Shown here: one piece after another, positions 1 to 10,082 of the stretch
Numbering within the stretch: the stretch's first letter is position 1
Layout: every line of letters starts with the position of its first letter
Origin: Alphaproteobacteria bacterium
GTDB lineage: Bacteria; Pseudomonadota; Alphaproteobacteria; JBFXJJ01
Reading direction: 5' to 3'
NCBI GenBank assembly: GCA_050175015.1
Contig: JBFXJJ010000006.1
Coordinates: forward strand, 1-64,000
DNA: 64,000 nucleotides
Notes under the pieces: generated by a model
The model's input: only the letters and a program-made list of their open reading frames with translations
Databases searched by the model: none
Told to the model about the DNA's origin: nothing
Made by a program: the position numbers and the translations under genes

Positions 1-1645
1 TCTTGGCATCGTCTCTGGCATAGCCAACCAGACCGCCAACCGCAGAGCCGCTGCCGTTAACACTGGAAACCGAAAAACTGTCCGAAATCCCTGAGCCGCT
101 GTATAAATAACCTACTAAACCGCCAACATTGCTGCCGCCGTTTACCGTTCCCATAGCGTAACTCGAACTTAATGTCGAGGTGCCATTAACATAGCCTTCC
201 AAACCTCCAACATTAGAATTACCAGTTACTGTTCCTGTGGCGTAACAGGAGGAAACAGAACTTTCACTGTGAGAATACCCAACCAAACCGCCAACATTGT
301 TCTTCGCAGATACGGAAGACGAAGAATAACTATCAGTTATTTTCGATTGAGATCCAACAACTCCAACTAACCCTCCAACATTGTTGCTACCACCTACAAC
401 ATTACCTGTAGAATAGCTGTTCGCGATAGTTGAAGCCTGCGCTACACTAGATACTAATCCTGCTACAGTATCTCCAACAGCAGTAACATTCACACTAGAA
501 GAACTGTTGCTGATTGTTGATTTGCCATCAAGAATAGCAACAAGACCACCTGCAATACTATCTGTATAAGATGAGATAAGCTGCGGCGATGTAACAGTTC
601 CCGATGAAGAACAATTATATATGGACGTTTTAGCATGAGCATAAGCCGCTAAACTTCCAACAACCCTGCCGCTGCTTATATTAGCATTTTTTAATTTTAC
701 ATTTTGGATGCTTGCGCCAATCGTAATATTAAAAAGCCCCGCCCAACAGCCATAACAATTTACGGTTAAATTTTTAATACTATAATTTTTACCATCAAGA
801 AAACCGGTAAAGCCATTAGAAAAACTCGTTCCTATAGGAGTAAAATTAACTCCGCTGCAATCAATATCATTTGCTAGTTGATAATTACCTGAAAGGTTGT
901 TTCCCATATTTTGTAACTGAGTGCAATTAGAAATCATATTCCAAGACATAGTGCTGCAAAAAGCAGGATATGAAACACTTTCTCTAATGCACCACAAACT
1001 ATTAGCAAAATCCCAGCCCTCAAAAGTGGCTTGCTTTTTCATTTCTGCGGTGGTTTTGCCCTCTCCTAAGGCCGAGGTCGTCTGTCCAGATGTTTCGGTG
1101 TCCCAATAACTATGAACAGCTGTAGAATTTGTTGCGCTTCCGACTAATCCCCCCACAGAAAAACTATCTCCTGAAATTGATGCCGAAGAATAACAATTAG
1201 TGATTACTGAATTATTTGCTGTGTTAGCAAAGGCTGCTGCATTTAAGGCTGCACTTATGTTTCCAGAAATATAGCAATTTGAAATATTGGTGTTCAAGAT
1301 TGAAGACGCTATGCTAGCCGCACCGTTTAGCCCTTTAACCGTAATATTGATAAAGGCTATATTTTTTATAGTAGCACCGTCTGCGACATTAAAAAGTCCA
1401 GTTTGCCAATGTATCATATTGTTTATGGTTAAATTAATGATTCTGTGATTTCTACCATCAAGAATACCCGTAAATGGATTAAATTCATCACCTATAGATA
1501 TATAGCCTGCCCCATTGTTCCAACTTGCTGAAGCGCTGCAATCAATATCATTTGCCAGATAATAATTGCCAGCTAGATTACTACTCATAGCTTGCAGTCC
1601 TGCGCAGGTTGTAATGGCTGTTTGAGCATAACCGTATCTAGGATA
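1..1645 (-). CDS. GLUG-motif (VGGLVG repeat) surface protein 1; leaderless body, runs off the window start; missed by the ORF track
   Basis: Manual translation from 1645 gives YPRYGYAQTAITTCAGLQAMSSNLAGNYYLANDIDCSASASWNNGAG...YWDTETSGQTTSALGEGKTTAEMKKQATFEGWDF..., then a second module (ISNCTQLQNMGNNLSGNYQLANDIDCS). The window start reads VGGLVGYARDDAK in the same frame. In-frame TGA at 1651-1649; first in-frame ATG (1588) lies inside the mature domain. Confidence 0.9.
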
Positions 1646-1646
1646 T
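1628..1646. repeat. Switch 1 gene-proximal inverted repeat / putative recombination core site ATAACC-GTATCTA-GGATAT
   Basis: 18/19 identical to the reverse complement of 2182-2200; imperfect dyad around a 7-bp spacer. Confidence 0.9.
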
Positions 1647-1688
1647 AGTCATATTTCTATCATACTACTTTATAAAAATATACTTATA

Positions 1689-1924
1689 AATCATATAGTT
1701 ATAAAAAAAAGCTGTTTGTTAAAAAGAGATAACAATTTAAAAAAATATAAAAATGATGCCTATTAGTTACCCGTACAAACAATATAATAATTAAAATAAT
1801 TATTATTTATCAATATGTTATATGATAAATTTAAAATAATAACAAGAAAATACAATATAATTTAGTTACCCATAAGCTACCCAATTATTTTAACCTAAAA
1901 AAACTATTTATTTTCAATACATTA
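1689..1924. promoter_or_regulatory. Array of 3 IHF-like sites (1689-1701, 1808-1820, 1912-1924) alternating with 2 GGGTARC-like box pairs (1755-1772, 1865-1882)
   Basis: TATCAATATGTTA matches the IHF consensus WATCAANNNNTTR exactly; the other two sites have 1 mismatch; spacing is conserved with switch 2. Confidence 0.7.
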
Positions 1925-2050
1925 TTTAGACTAACAAACGTCAATTTTGCAAGATGATACCAACAACAAAAATGTTAACAAAAAGAAACATTTGCGACAG
2001 CTGCAAATATGGTTTTTTATTTCTTATGATATTAAATAAAAAAAATACGC

Positions 2051-2079
2051 TTGCTTACAGCTTAAAACTGTTGCAAACT
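2051..2079 (+). promoter_or_regulatory. Candidate sigma70 promoter inside switch 1 (TTGCTT-N17-CAAACT)
   Basis: Starts 78 nt before the leader ATG; the switch 2 candidate starts 79 nt before its ATG. Confidence 0.4.
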
Positions 2080-2128
2080 GTAGATAAAAAAAGATTACTA
2101 AAAATATTTTTTACGAAAGGGCAAGAAA

Positions 2129-2212
2129 ATGTTTAATAGAATTAAATTATCATACTTGCTGCTTTTGATATTAACCTTATCATATCCTAGATACAGTTAT
2201 CTTTTATTGTAA
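2129..2212 (+). CDS. Signal-peptide exon of switch 1 (MFNRIKLSYLLLLILTLSYPRYSYLLL*)
   Basis: RBS block GAAAGGGCAAGA at 2115-2126; basic n-region plus hydrophobic h-region; crosses the repeat in the YPRY frame. Confidence 0.85.
   Translation: MFNRIKLSYLLLLILTLSYPRYSYLLL
2182..2200. repeat. Switch 1 distal inverted repeat ATATCC-TAGATAC-AGTTAT
   Basis: Partner of 1628-1646. Confidence 0.9.
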
Positions 2213-2295
2213 CAATATTTAAACAATTATTATATCTCTTGTCATATTTCTTTAAAAAAACTTTAATATATATAAAACACTCTTAATTGTTAGTT

Positions 2296-3408
2296 TTAAT
2301 AATTAGGAAATTTAAACGCCTTTCCTTCATAATTTTTAACAACAAGATATTTCTCTTCTTTTTTTTCAACATTGTCTGGCGATATTACAACTTTGCCCCC
2401 TCCTGGAGTATCAATAGCAAAAGTTGGAACAGCATAACCTGAGGTATGCCCTCTTAAAGAATTTATTATCTCTAGCCCCTTCTCTATTTTACATCTAAAG
2501 GGATAAGAACCTTTTACGGGATCACAAGCAAACAAATAATATGGTTTAACTCTGCACTTTAAAAGCTTATGCATTAGTTCTTTTATAACCTCGGTATCGT
2601 CATTAACCCCCTTCAAAAGCACCGTCTGACTTCCCATAACATTGCCATTGTCAGCTAGCTTGTCACAAGCTTCAACAACCTCAGGAACTAGTTCTAAATA
2701 ATGGCTAAAATGAAGACTGAAAAACAAAGGATTATATTTCTTAAAAATTGCCAGCAAATTGTTTGTTATTCTCATTGGCATTGTGATAACAGCTCTGGTG
2801 CCAATTCTAATAATCTCAACGTGCTTAATGGCTCTAATCCTGCTAAGAATCCAATCCAAATCATCATCTGGCAAAACTAAAGGGTCTCCACCTGAAACCA
2901 AAACATCTCTAATTTCTTGATGTTCTGAGATATAATCTAAAGCTTTCTGCCAGCTTTCTCGATTAGACATATGACGCTGCCCAACAGATCTTGATCTTGT
3001 ACAATAACGACAATACGCGCCGCAATTACTCGTAACCAGAAAAAGAACTCTATCAGGATATTTATGTACAAGCCCTGGTGTCTTCATATCATTTTCTTCG
3101 CCCAAAGGGTCATCTAGCTCTCCCTCAGACAATATATTCTCATAACTATGAGGAATATGGAGTTTTTGTAAAACAGCATTTTCTCCGCCATTGTACATAA
3201 CAGCCGCCATAAAAGGTGTCACACCAATAGGAAGCCTTTTATTTTGAGCAAAATTTGAGGCATCATTATCACTAATTGCAAAAATACGCTTAAAATCAGA
3301 AAAACTTTTAATCATATTGGCAAGCTGCCATTGCCAATCAGACCATTGAGCATCATCTATTCTTTGATAGAACGTATTTTTAAATAAATTTATCTTGTCA
3401 GAAATCAT
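2296..3408 (-). CDS. kamA: KamA-family radical SAM protein (lysine 2,3-aminomutase-like)
   Basis: WSDWQWQL, HKYPDRVL, CGAYCRYCTR, SGGDPL, PGGGK motifs. Confidence 0.85.
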   Translation of the reverse strand: MISDKINLFKNTFYQRIDDAQWSDWQWQLANMIKSFSDFKRIFAISDNDASNFAQNKRLPIGVTPFMAAVMYNGGENAVLQKLHIPHSYENILSEGELDDPLGEENDMKTPGLVHKYPDRVLFLVTSNCGAYCRYCTRSRSVGQRHMSNRESWQKALDYISEHQEIRDVLVSGGDPLVLPDDDLDWILSRIRAIKHVEIIRIGTRAVITMPMRITNNLLAIFKKYNPLFFSLHFSHYLELVPEVVEACDKLADNGNVMGSQTVLLKGVNDDTEVIKELMHKLLKCRVKPYYLFACDPVKGSYPFRCKIEKGLEIINSLRGHTSGYAVPTFAIDTPGGGKVVISPDNVEKKEEKYLVVKNYEGKAFKFPNY

Positions 3409-3458
3409 AGGATTTAATCTTCTTATTTTTTATATTTTGATAGATTAAGAATGGAAAC

Positions 3459-3932
3459 TTATGGAACATCATTATTTTGAGATGGGGCATTAATATCTGT
3501 TTGATTGGAAGTTTCATTATTTAGAACATCTTCACCTAACACGCTATATAGCATATCTATAAAATCAAACTCTTCTTCGTCATTTTCAGATTTTGTTTCA
3601 TCTGATATTTTTAGTAATTCTTCAACATCATATATTGTTATTTCTGATTTGTTTTTGTACTCATCTATGACCTCAAGAAGTTTATTTGCTTTATTATCAC
3701 CTGCTTCATTATCTTGATTTGGTAAACTTTTAGCTAATGTCAGTTCTTTTTCAGAAGATTGTTTTGAAAATTCTGATGAGTTGCTTTTGGGCATGCCATT
3801 TAATAAAGAAGAATTATTTTCGTTTTGCTCCTTTGAGGTTAACTGACCAGCAACAACAGCAAAAGCGGTTATAAGAAACATAAATAATATTATAAAATAT
3901 TTATATATTTTAAATTGTTTCATACTAACCAT
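3459..3932 (-). CDS. Hypothetical exported acidic protein
   Basis: N-terminal hydrophobic segment; 157-aa ORF co-oriented with its neighbours. Confidence 0.6.
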   Translation of the reverse strand: MVSMKQFKIYKYFIILFMFLITAFAVVAGQLTSKEQNENNSSLLNGMPKSNSSEFSKQSSEKELTLAKSLPNQDNEAGDNKANKLLEVIDEYKNKSEITIYDVEELLKISDETKSENDEEEFDFIDMLYSVLGEDVLNNETSNQTDINAPSQNNDVP

Positions 3933-3950
3933 TCCACATAAATAATTTTT

Positions 3951-4916
3951 TTAGTTGACCATCTCAGCAATCTTTTTAGCAATTTCATTTGCAGGATTAG
4001 CATAAACTTTTTTAGTAAAAAAAGCATCACTATTATCATTTAACATTTGGGCATATCCTTTTTCACATAATTCCTTGTGAAGCCTTTGATGCTTAGGAGC
4101 CGCAAAATCATCAGGAGCATAAATGTATACTGGCACATCAATAGAACATGCTTCTGTGCACATTGAAACCGAATCTCCTGTAACTATAATTTTATCTGCA
4201 AGTGCAAGGTAACCAAAGTAAGGATTCTCCGTTTTATCGCTCCATTGATAAATATTTGCAGGAACTCTAATATTTTCTAACAATGCTTTAGTTTGCTCAT
4301 CTCCTGTTCTGCGAGATGTCGTTATTAAAAGAGAGCCATTCTCGGTAATATGATTTGCTTTTTCAGCTAAATCGGCTGCCATCTCAACTGTAAACGGCTT
4401 ATTTTTAGTTTTGCCCCCTACTAACAATACCGTATATGGCCGTGGCAACTCTGAAAAAGACTCTTCCCATTTAAGTTTCTCTTTTTCGAGTCGCATCTTA
4501 TTAATTCTATGAGGAGAACCTGTTATTTTCATTATGTTAGCAGCATCTCTTATTCCATCATGGTTGGGAACAACTATTAAATCAAAATCGGAATTTTTCC
4601 ATAATCCAGGATACATTATCTGCACCAAAACCGTTTTTTTAGATGATTGCTTTTTAATATATCTTGCAAGGTTAGAACTACGTCTTCCCGCAGAAATAAC
4701 CACATCAGGCCAAGGTTCTTTTATATCTTTGAGCCCACTCTTGTTAACCCCCAAGGTTGTAGCTCCTATAATAAAATTAGGAAGCTTAATCAATGAGTTA
4801 TAAGTAATATTGATTACAGAAAAATCCCAGCCAACAGCTTCAGCAACTCCCAGAGCTTGATTAACATTGCCGATTCTATCATCAGCTAATACCCAAATTT
4901 TTTTATTATTGTTCAT
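3951..4916 (-). CDS. ELM1/mitochondrial-fission-family protein (nucleoside-diphosphate-sugar epimerase-like)
   Basis: WPDVVISAGRR, VPNHD, TTSRRT, NPYFGYLA, VTGDSVSM motifs. Confidence 0.85.
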   Translation of the reverse strand: MNNNKKIWVLADDRIGNVNQALGVAEAVGWDFSVINITYNSLIKLPNFIIGATTLGVNKSGLKDIKEPWPDVVISAGRRSSNLARYIKKQSSKKTVLVQIMYPGLWKNSDFDLIVVPNHDGIRDAANIMKITGSPHRINKMRLEKEKLKWEESFSELPRPYTVLLVGGKTKNKPFTVEMAADLAEKANHITENGSLLITTSRRTGDEQTKALLENIRVPANIYQWSDKTENPYFGYLALADKIIVTGDSVSMCTEACSIDVPVYIYAPDDFAAPKHQRLHKELCEKGYAQMLNDNSDAFFTKKVYANPANEIAKKIAEMVN

Positions 4917-5026
4917 AACGTGTATCCAATTATTTTTTAAACAATATCTTTTATAACACTTTTTAAAATCATATATAAATGATATAAATATAGTAAATAT
5001 TTTATTTATACTTTTAGGAGGTCAAA

Positions 5027-5590
5027 TTGAAAAAATTCCAATTAAGCCCAAATAAACTTGTTTTTTTTATGTTAACTATGCTTTTAGTTCCAAATTTTGC
5101 AAATGCCGCTGATGTTTTAGAATTCGGCAATCTCATTGAAACTGTTAAACTTGATGCTAACAGCAATCCCGTTGTTGATCCTAATGGCAAGCAAGTTATG
5201 AGACCTCTTACTAATGATGAAGTTGTTGCAAAGGTTAAAGCTGTAATAGAGCCAAGATTAAGTTTAAACAAACTAGGCAATGTAGCTGTAAGTGATGATG
5301 TTGTTACTGCTGAAATAAAAGATGCTTCTTCAGGAGAAATAACTTCTACCTTAGAAATTAATCGCAAAACTGGACATTTAACAAAAGATGATGCCATTCT
5401 CTCCTTAAGAGAAGAAGCACAGAAAAAAAGAATCAATTCGATTGCACGTGGTCAGAAAGTTCATGACAGACTGCAAAATGTTTATGATAAGCTAAAAGAG
5501 CTAGAAGAAACTGAAAAAGACTCTCAAAATAGTACTAGTAAAAAAGAAAGCTCTACCAATAAAGTAAGCAAATATTCTAATCAAAATTAA
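5027..5590 (+). CDS. Hypothetical secreted protein
   Basis: AGGAGG RBS, TTG start, signal peptide ending ANA. Confidence 0.7.
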   Translation: MKKFQLSPNKLVFFMLTMLLVPNFANAADVLEFGNLIETVKLDANSNPVVDPNGKQVMRPLTNDEVVAKVKAVIEPRLSLNKLGNVAVSDDVVTAEIKDASSGEITSTLEINRKTGHLTKDDAILSLREEAQKKRINSIARGQKVHDRLQNVYDKLKELEETEKDSQNSTSKKESSTNKVSKYSNQN

Positions 5591-5724
5591 GAATTACGTT
5601 TTTATTAAATAGTAATTAACTTTTTATTGAATATAATGATTTGTTTTTAAGATCTATAGGCATAAAAGAATAATTATAAGCCAGATTTTAATTTTGTAAA
5701 ATCCCCAGCAGAAGGAATTGGGAG

Positions 5725-5907
5725 ATGACAAATAAATACGATAATGAGTTTGAGCGGTTAAAAAGACTAAATCGTATTAAATTATTTAAGTCAAAATGTT
5801 TAATAGAAGCGCAAAAGCAAACAAAAACTTTGGCTCAAGTTAATAAAAGTACTAGTTTGGAAGCTCAAAAGGCTATCTTTTTAAGTTATCGTTCACTAAA
5901 TCATTAA
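5725..5907 (+). CDS. Small hypothetical protein
   Basis: Purine-rich RBS upstream; followed by a hairpin. Confidence 0.45.
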   Translation: MTNKYDNEFERLKRLNRIKLFKSKCLIEAQKQTKTLAQVNKSTSLEAQKAIFLSYRSLNH

Positions 5908-5921
5908 TTACTTTTAGTTGC

Positions 5922-5966
5922 ATTACCTTAGAAAACTCTGATTATATTAGAGTTTTCTGGGGTAAT
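5922..5966 (+). terminator. Stem-loop, probable terminator
   Basis: ATTACCTTAGAAAACTCT...AGAGTTTTCTGGGGTAAT inverted repeat. Confidence 0.6.
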
Positions 5967-6145
5967 TATTTATAAGTTAAAAAAACAATATAATTGTTAA
6001 TTGTTTTGTACTTATGAAATGACAACAAATAAATGACAAATAATATTATTTACATTTTAATAAAGTATTGTTAAAATTTTTAGTATTGTTAATAATATTT
6101 ACTACCAACAAGCAATAAACACTTTGTCCTTAAGGGGTATTTAGT

Positions 6146-6871
6146 TTGTCTGAAACTTTACAAGCAAAACGTATTTTAATTGTAGAAGATGATACTTTTG
6201 TTCAAAAAGTACTTAAAGAGTATCTTGATAAAGAAGGATACAATGTAAGCTTGGTTAATAACGGCTCAGAAATGCGCCGCTGTTTTGATTCCAATATTTT
6301 TGATCTTGTAATAATGGATTTAAAGCTGCCTGGTGAAGATGGCATATCTTTAACTCGTTATATTAAAGAAAAATATAACGTGGGCATTATTATTTTAACA
6401 TCAATGAATGAAACCTTTGATAAAGTTGTTGGTCTTGAAGTTGGGGCAGATGATTACATAACAAAACCTTTTGAGGAAAGAGAGCTTCTTGCCAGAATTA
6501 GAAGTGTTATGAGGCGTATCAGCGAAATTAAAGCCTCTGAAAAAAGAGATAACAATAAAATCTATTTTGATGGATGGCATTTAGATATTAAATCTCGAGT
6601 TTTATGGGATCCCAAAGGAAATCAAAAAGATCTTACTGGAAGTGAGTTTACTCTTTTGATTGAGCTTGCAAGCAATCCCCAGAAAGTTATTCGAAGAGAA
6701 AATCTTTTGAAGTCAGTATACAATCGCAATTGGAATCCTGTAGATCGCAGTATAGATGTTCTTGTTACCAGACTACGCCATAAAATTGAAAACGATTGTA
6801 AAAATCCTAAAATTATAAAAACCGTTCGTGGACAAGGATATGTTTTTTCAATTCAAACTCAAATAAAATAA
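6146..6871 (+). CDS. OmpR-family response regulator
   Basis: REC domain (EDD, DLKLPGEDG, GADDYITKPF) plus winged helix (DRSIDVLVTRLR, KTVRGQGY). Confidence 0.95.
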   Translation: MSETLQAKRILIVEDDTFVQKVLKEYLDKEGYNVSLVNNGSEMRRCFDSNIFDLVIMDLKLPGEDGISLTRYIKEKYNVGIIILTSMNETFDKVVGLEVGADDYITKPFEERELLARIRSVMRRISEIKASEKRDNNKIYFDGWHLDIKSRVLWDPKGNQKDLTGSEFTLLIELASNPQKVIRRENLLKSVYNRNWNPVDRSIDVLVTRLRHKIENDCKNPKIIKTVRGQGYVFSIQTQIK

Positions 6872-6987
6872 TTTGAGCAGCATCGGAATTAAAACATATT
6901 ACACAATTAATATACCATATGCGGTTTCATCTGTTACACCACCAAAATTTATAACCATTTTGAATTAACTTACATATAGAGAATGCT

Positions 6988-9501
6988 TTATTTATTAGAT
7001 TCCATATATTTATTAATAAAATACGATACCTCTAAAAAAGCACATTGCAAAAATTTACTGTAAAGTTCCATTCCTTCATAATTAGAGTCCCTTGCAGCTT
7101 TTTCTATTTCATAGGCAACATCTGATAACCTAGATGCTCCAGCGACCAAAGCTCCACTTTTAAGTTTATGAGCATAAAATTCTATGTCCTTATTCATTTT
7201 TGCTTTTATCGAACTAATAGTCATCTCATAACTAGACGTACATGATTCTAAAAAAAGTGATAATATTTCAGGAAGAGCTGAAAAATCATTTTTACAGACA
7301 CTAAGCATACGAAACATATCTAGAGGCGCGCTATTACTAAAAAAATTTTTATTATTATTTTTGCTTACTTCCATTAAAATTTCATCTCGTTCATTATCAA
7401 ACTTATAACAGCATTGATAATTTTTAAATTCAGGCAGCCACTTTCTTGCTATATTTTTCAAGTCTTCTATTCCAAACGGCTTCAAAAGATAATCACTCAT
7501 TCCTGCTTCAATACACTTATTTTTATACTCCAATGAAGCATTAGCGGTAATAGCAACAACTGGCATCTCTTCTTTGTTATTAGTCTTTTCATAAGCCCTA
7601 ATTCTTTTGGTTAATTCAAAACCATCAACATTAGGCATACTGCAATCTGTTAAAACCAAATCATATTTTTTACTGCGGATAGATGCTAAAGCGTCGACGC
7701 CATCACTTGCACATTCTGTAAGAAACCCTATACGCTCCATTTGCCTCATAATTACTAGGCGATTGACAGGATTATCATCGACTACTAAAACTTTTCCGGC
7801 ATCCTCACAAATATTAGTTCTATCATTTTGTTCTTCCGCTTCAGATTTTTTTTCTTGGTTTAGGAACGAAGCCAAAATATCGCTTTGCTTTAGGATATTA
7901 TTAGGCAAAAAATGAACATTGTTAAAATCATCAGAATGATTATTACAAAAAGGCAAAACTATAATTTTCTTATTTTGCAACGTTTGCAAATTAGATATTT
8001 CTTTTAGTTCAGATATGGAAATAATAGGCATATCAAAAAACAAAAGATCAAAATCATTTTCACCTGATATCAGCGTTTGTTTTAAAAGTTCTTTATCGTT
8101 GATATATTTTATATTAGCTCCCCATTTTGCAAGATATTCACACAAGTTTTTTGCTGTTTGACTGCCAAAAATTGATGCTAATATTTTTACTTTTGCAAGA
8201 GGCGGTTTCCTTCTAAGAGGTTTTATTTTTTTAAATGGAATTTCCACAGAAAAAATAGATCCTTTATTTTTTAAACTCGCAAAAGATATTTTCCCCCCCA
8301 TAATTTCAGCTAAATTTTTACAAATAGAAAGCCCAAGGCCGCTACCGCCATAAATTCGAGAAAAGATTTCTTCACTTTGATAAAAAGGCGAAAATATTTT
8401 TTGTTTAGCTTCTTCTGTAATACCTATCCCTGTATCACTAACGGTAAATTTTACATTTACTTTATTCGGCGCACTCTTTAACAAGTCAAGCCTGATATTA
8501 ATTTCGCCAACATTAGTAAATTTAGCAGCGTTAGCAGCAAGATTAGCTATAATCTGCCTTACTCTAAAGGCATCACCTACTAAAATTTCAGGAATACTAG
8601 GGTCAATATATACACTAAACCTTATGGCTTTATAAATAACCTGAGATTGGATTACAGTACCTATATTTTCTATTACTTCGACAAGCGAAAATTCTTGTTC
8701 TTCAATTTTAAGGTGTCCCGCCTCTATTTTTGAGAAATCTAAAATGTCATTAACAAGATTTAAAAATGACTTTGAAGTTTCAGTGATTGTATCTAAAGTT
8801 TTTTTCTGGTCATCTTTAAGCATAGTTTCAGATAAAAGCTCTAGTAAACCAACAATGCTGTTCATCGGAGTTCTAATTTCGTGGCTCATAACTGCTAAAA
8901 AGTTTGATTTTGCGTTATTGGCCTTTAATGCTTCGTCTTTTGCTTTTTCAAGTTGACAGGTTCTTTGTTTGACCTCTTCCTCCAAAGCAATTTTATTTTG
9001 CTCAAGACGGCAAAAGGCATTATAAGAGCGCAGAGATGCTGCAATAACAGCTATTAATCTTGGTTCAGTAAGTTCTGTTTTATATTTATAATCATTAATA
9101 TCATACTGAATTATAACTTCGTTTTCTGGAGCCTCTCCAGGTTGACCAGTCCTTAAGATTATTCTCACTTTATCATTTTTAACTTTATCTCTAACAAATT
9201 TTACAAAGTCTAAACCTGCGTGAGGAGTTTCCAAAATGACATCAAGCAAAATAATAGCTATGTCATTTTCATTTTGAATTATTTTTTGAGCGGCCTTGGT
9301 TGAATACGCATTAAAAATTTTAATTGGTCTATCCATAAAAATGAAATCATTCAAGACCATTTTGGTTACAGCATGAACGGACTCTTCATCATCAACAACG
9401 AGAATATTCCAAGGTTTTTGCATATCACTATTCTTGGATTTTGTGTCCTCAGGAACAAAAACCAATTCATCACTTTCTATATGTCCTAAATTTCTTGGCA
9501 T
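6988..9501 (-). CDS. Cytoplasmic hybrid histidine kinase (REC-HisKA-HATPase-REC-Hpt)
   Basis: SHEIRTPMN H-box, NAAKFT, DTGIG, GSGLGL, C-terminal REC, AHKLKSGA Hpt; no TM segment seen. Confidence 0.92.
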   Translation of the reverse strand: MPRNLGHIESDELVFVPEDTKSKNSDMQKPWNILVVDDEESVHAVTKMVLNDFIFMDRPIKIFNAYSTKAAQKIIQNENDIAIILLDVILETPHAGLDFVKFVRDKVKNDKVRIILRTGQPGEAPENEVIIQYDINDYKYKTELTEPRLIAVIAASLRSYNAFCRLEQNKIALEEEVKQRTCQLEKAKDEALKANNAKSNFLAVMSHEIRTPMNSIVGLLELLSETMLKDDQKKTLDTITETSKSFLNLVNDILDFSKIEAGHLKIEEQEFSLVEVIENIGTVIQSQVIYKAIRFSVYIDPSIPEILVGDAFRVRQIIANLAANAAKFTNVGEINIRLDLLKSAPNKVNVKFTVSDTGIGITEEAKQKIFSPFYQSEEIFSRIYGGSGLGLSICKNLAEIMGGKISFASLKNKGSIFSVEIPFKKIKPLRRKPPLAKVKILASIFGSQTAKNLCEYLAKWGANIKYINDKELLKQTLISGENDFDLLFFDMPIISISELKEISNLQTLQNKKIIVLPFCNNHSDDFNNVHFLPNNILKQSDILASFLNQEKKSEAEEQNDRTNICEDAGKVLVVDDNPVNRLVIMRQMERIGFLTECASDGVDALASIRSKKYDLVLTDCSMPNVDGFELTKRIRAYEKTNNKEEMPVVAITANASLEYKNKCIEAGMSDYLLKPFGIEDLKNIARKWLPEFKNYQCCYKFDNERDEILMEVSKNNNKNFFSNSAPLDMFRMLSVCKNDFSALPEILSLFLESCTSSYEMTISSIKAKMNKDIEFYAHKLKSGALVAGASRLSDVAYEIEKAARDSNYEGMELYSKFLQCAFLEVSYFINKYMESNK

Positions 9502-9644
9502 CGCTCAAAATCTCTCAATTTTTTTACAAAACAAATAATAATATTAATATCTAGGCTTAAATTAAACAATAATATTATTGACATCACTTGAAACAATCTT
9601 TATTTATTTACACAGTATTCAATTAATCATGGGGTAGTACTGTC

Positions 9645-10067
9645 ATGGACACAGAATATCAAAATGAAATAGAAAATGGCAACTTTATTTATTTGACTGT
9701 CGACATCGTTTCAAATTATGTCGCAAAAAACAACGTATCTTATGAAGACTTACCAAAACTGATTACTTTGGTTTATGATGCAATTAAAAGCAACTCTCTA
9801 AATGAAACTTCTAAACCTGAAAAAGAGCCAGCCGTCTCTGTTAAAAGATCTGTGCATCCTGATTTTATTGTCTGTTTAGAAGACGGCAAAAAACTTACTA
9901 TGCTTAAAAGATACTTAAAAACCAATTATAATATGACTCCAGAAGACTATCGTCTTAAATGGGGGCTTCCTCCTGACTATCCTATGGTGGCTCCTAATTA
10001 TGCAGAAAAAAGATCTATGCTCGCCAAAAAAAGCGGCTTAGGAAAATTAACTGGCAGAAAACGTTAA
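9645..10067 (+). CDS. mucR: MucR/Ros transcriptional regulator
   Basis: PAVSVKRSV, CLEDGKK, WGLPPDYPMVAPNYA. Confidence 0.93.
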   Translation: MDTEYQNEIENGNFIYLTVDIVSNYVAKNNVSYEDLPKLITLVYDAIKSNSLNETSKPEKEPAVSVKRSVHPDFIVCLEDGKKLTMLKRYLKTNYNMTPEDYRLKWGLPPDYPMVAPNYAEKRSMLAKKSGLGKLTGRKR

Positions 10068-10082
10068 AACTACAATCTGTTT

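Larger units (their letters stand above)
1628..2200. mobile_element. Putative invertible phase-variation switch 1 (573 bp, OFF orientation)
   Basis: 19-bp inverted repeats enclose promoter, RBS and signal-peptide exon that would fuse in frame to the GLUG gene on inversion; same layout as 50707-51274. Confidence 0.85.

Noticed and set aside
921-1109. 62-aa + strand ORF
   Set aside because: Antisense shadow of the GLUG gene
1954-2136. 60-aa ORF inside switch 1 as a possible regulator or directionality factor
   Set aside because: No counterpart seen in switch 2, low complexity, and it overlaps the candidate promoter and RBS
1628-2200. Switches as MITE/IS remnants
   Set aside because: No transposase or evident target duplication; the repeats are in-frame coding sequence tied to a signal exon at both loci
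6019-6092. Short direct repeats (ATGACAA, AGTATTGTTAA) upstream of the response regulator as an operator
   Set aside because: Spacings of 14 and 18 bp do not fit the ~10-11-bp OmpR/PhoB periodicity, and the background is AT-rich
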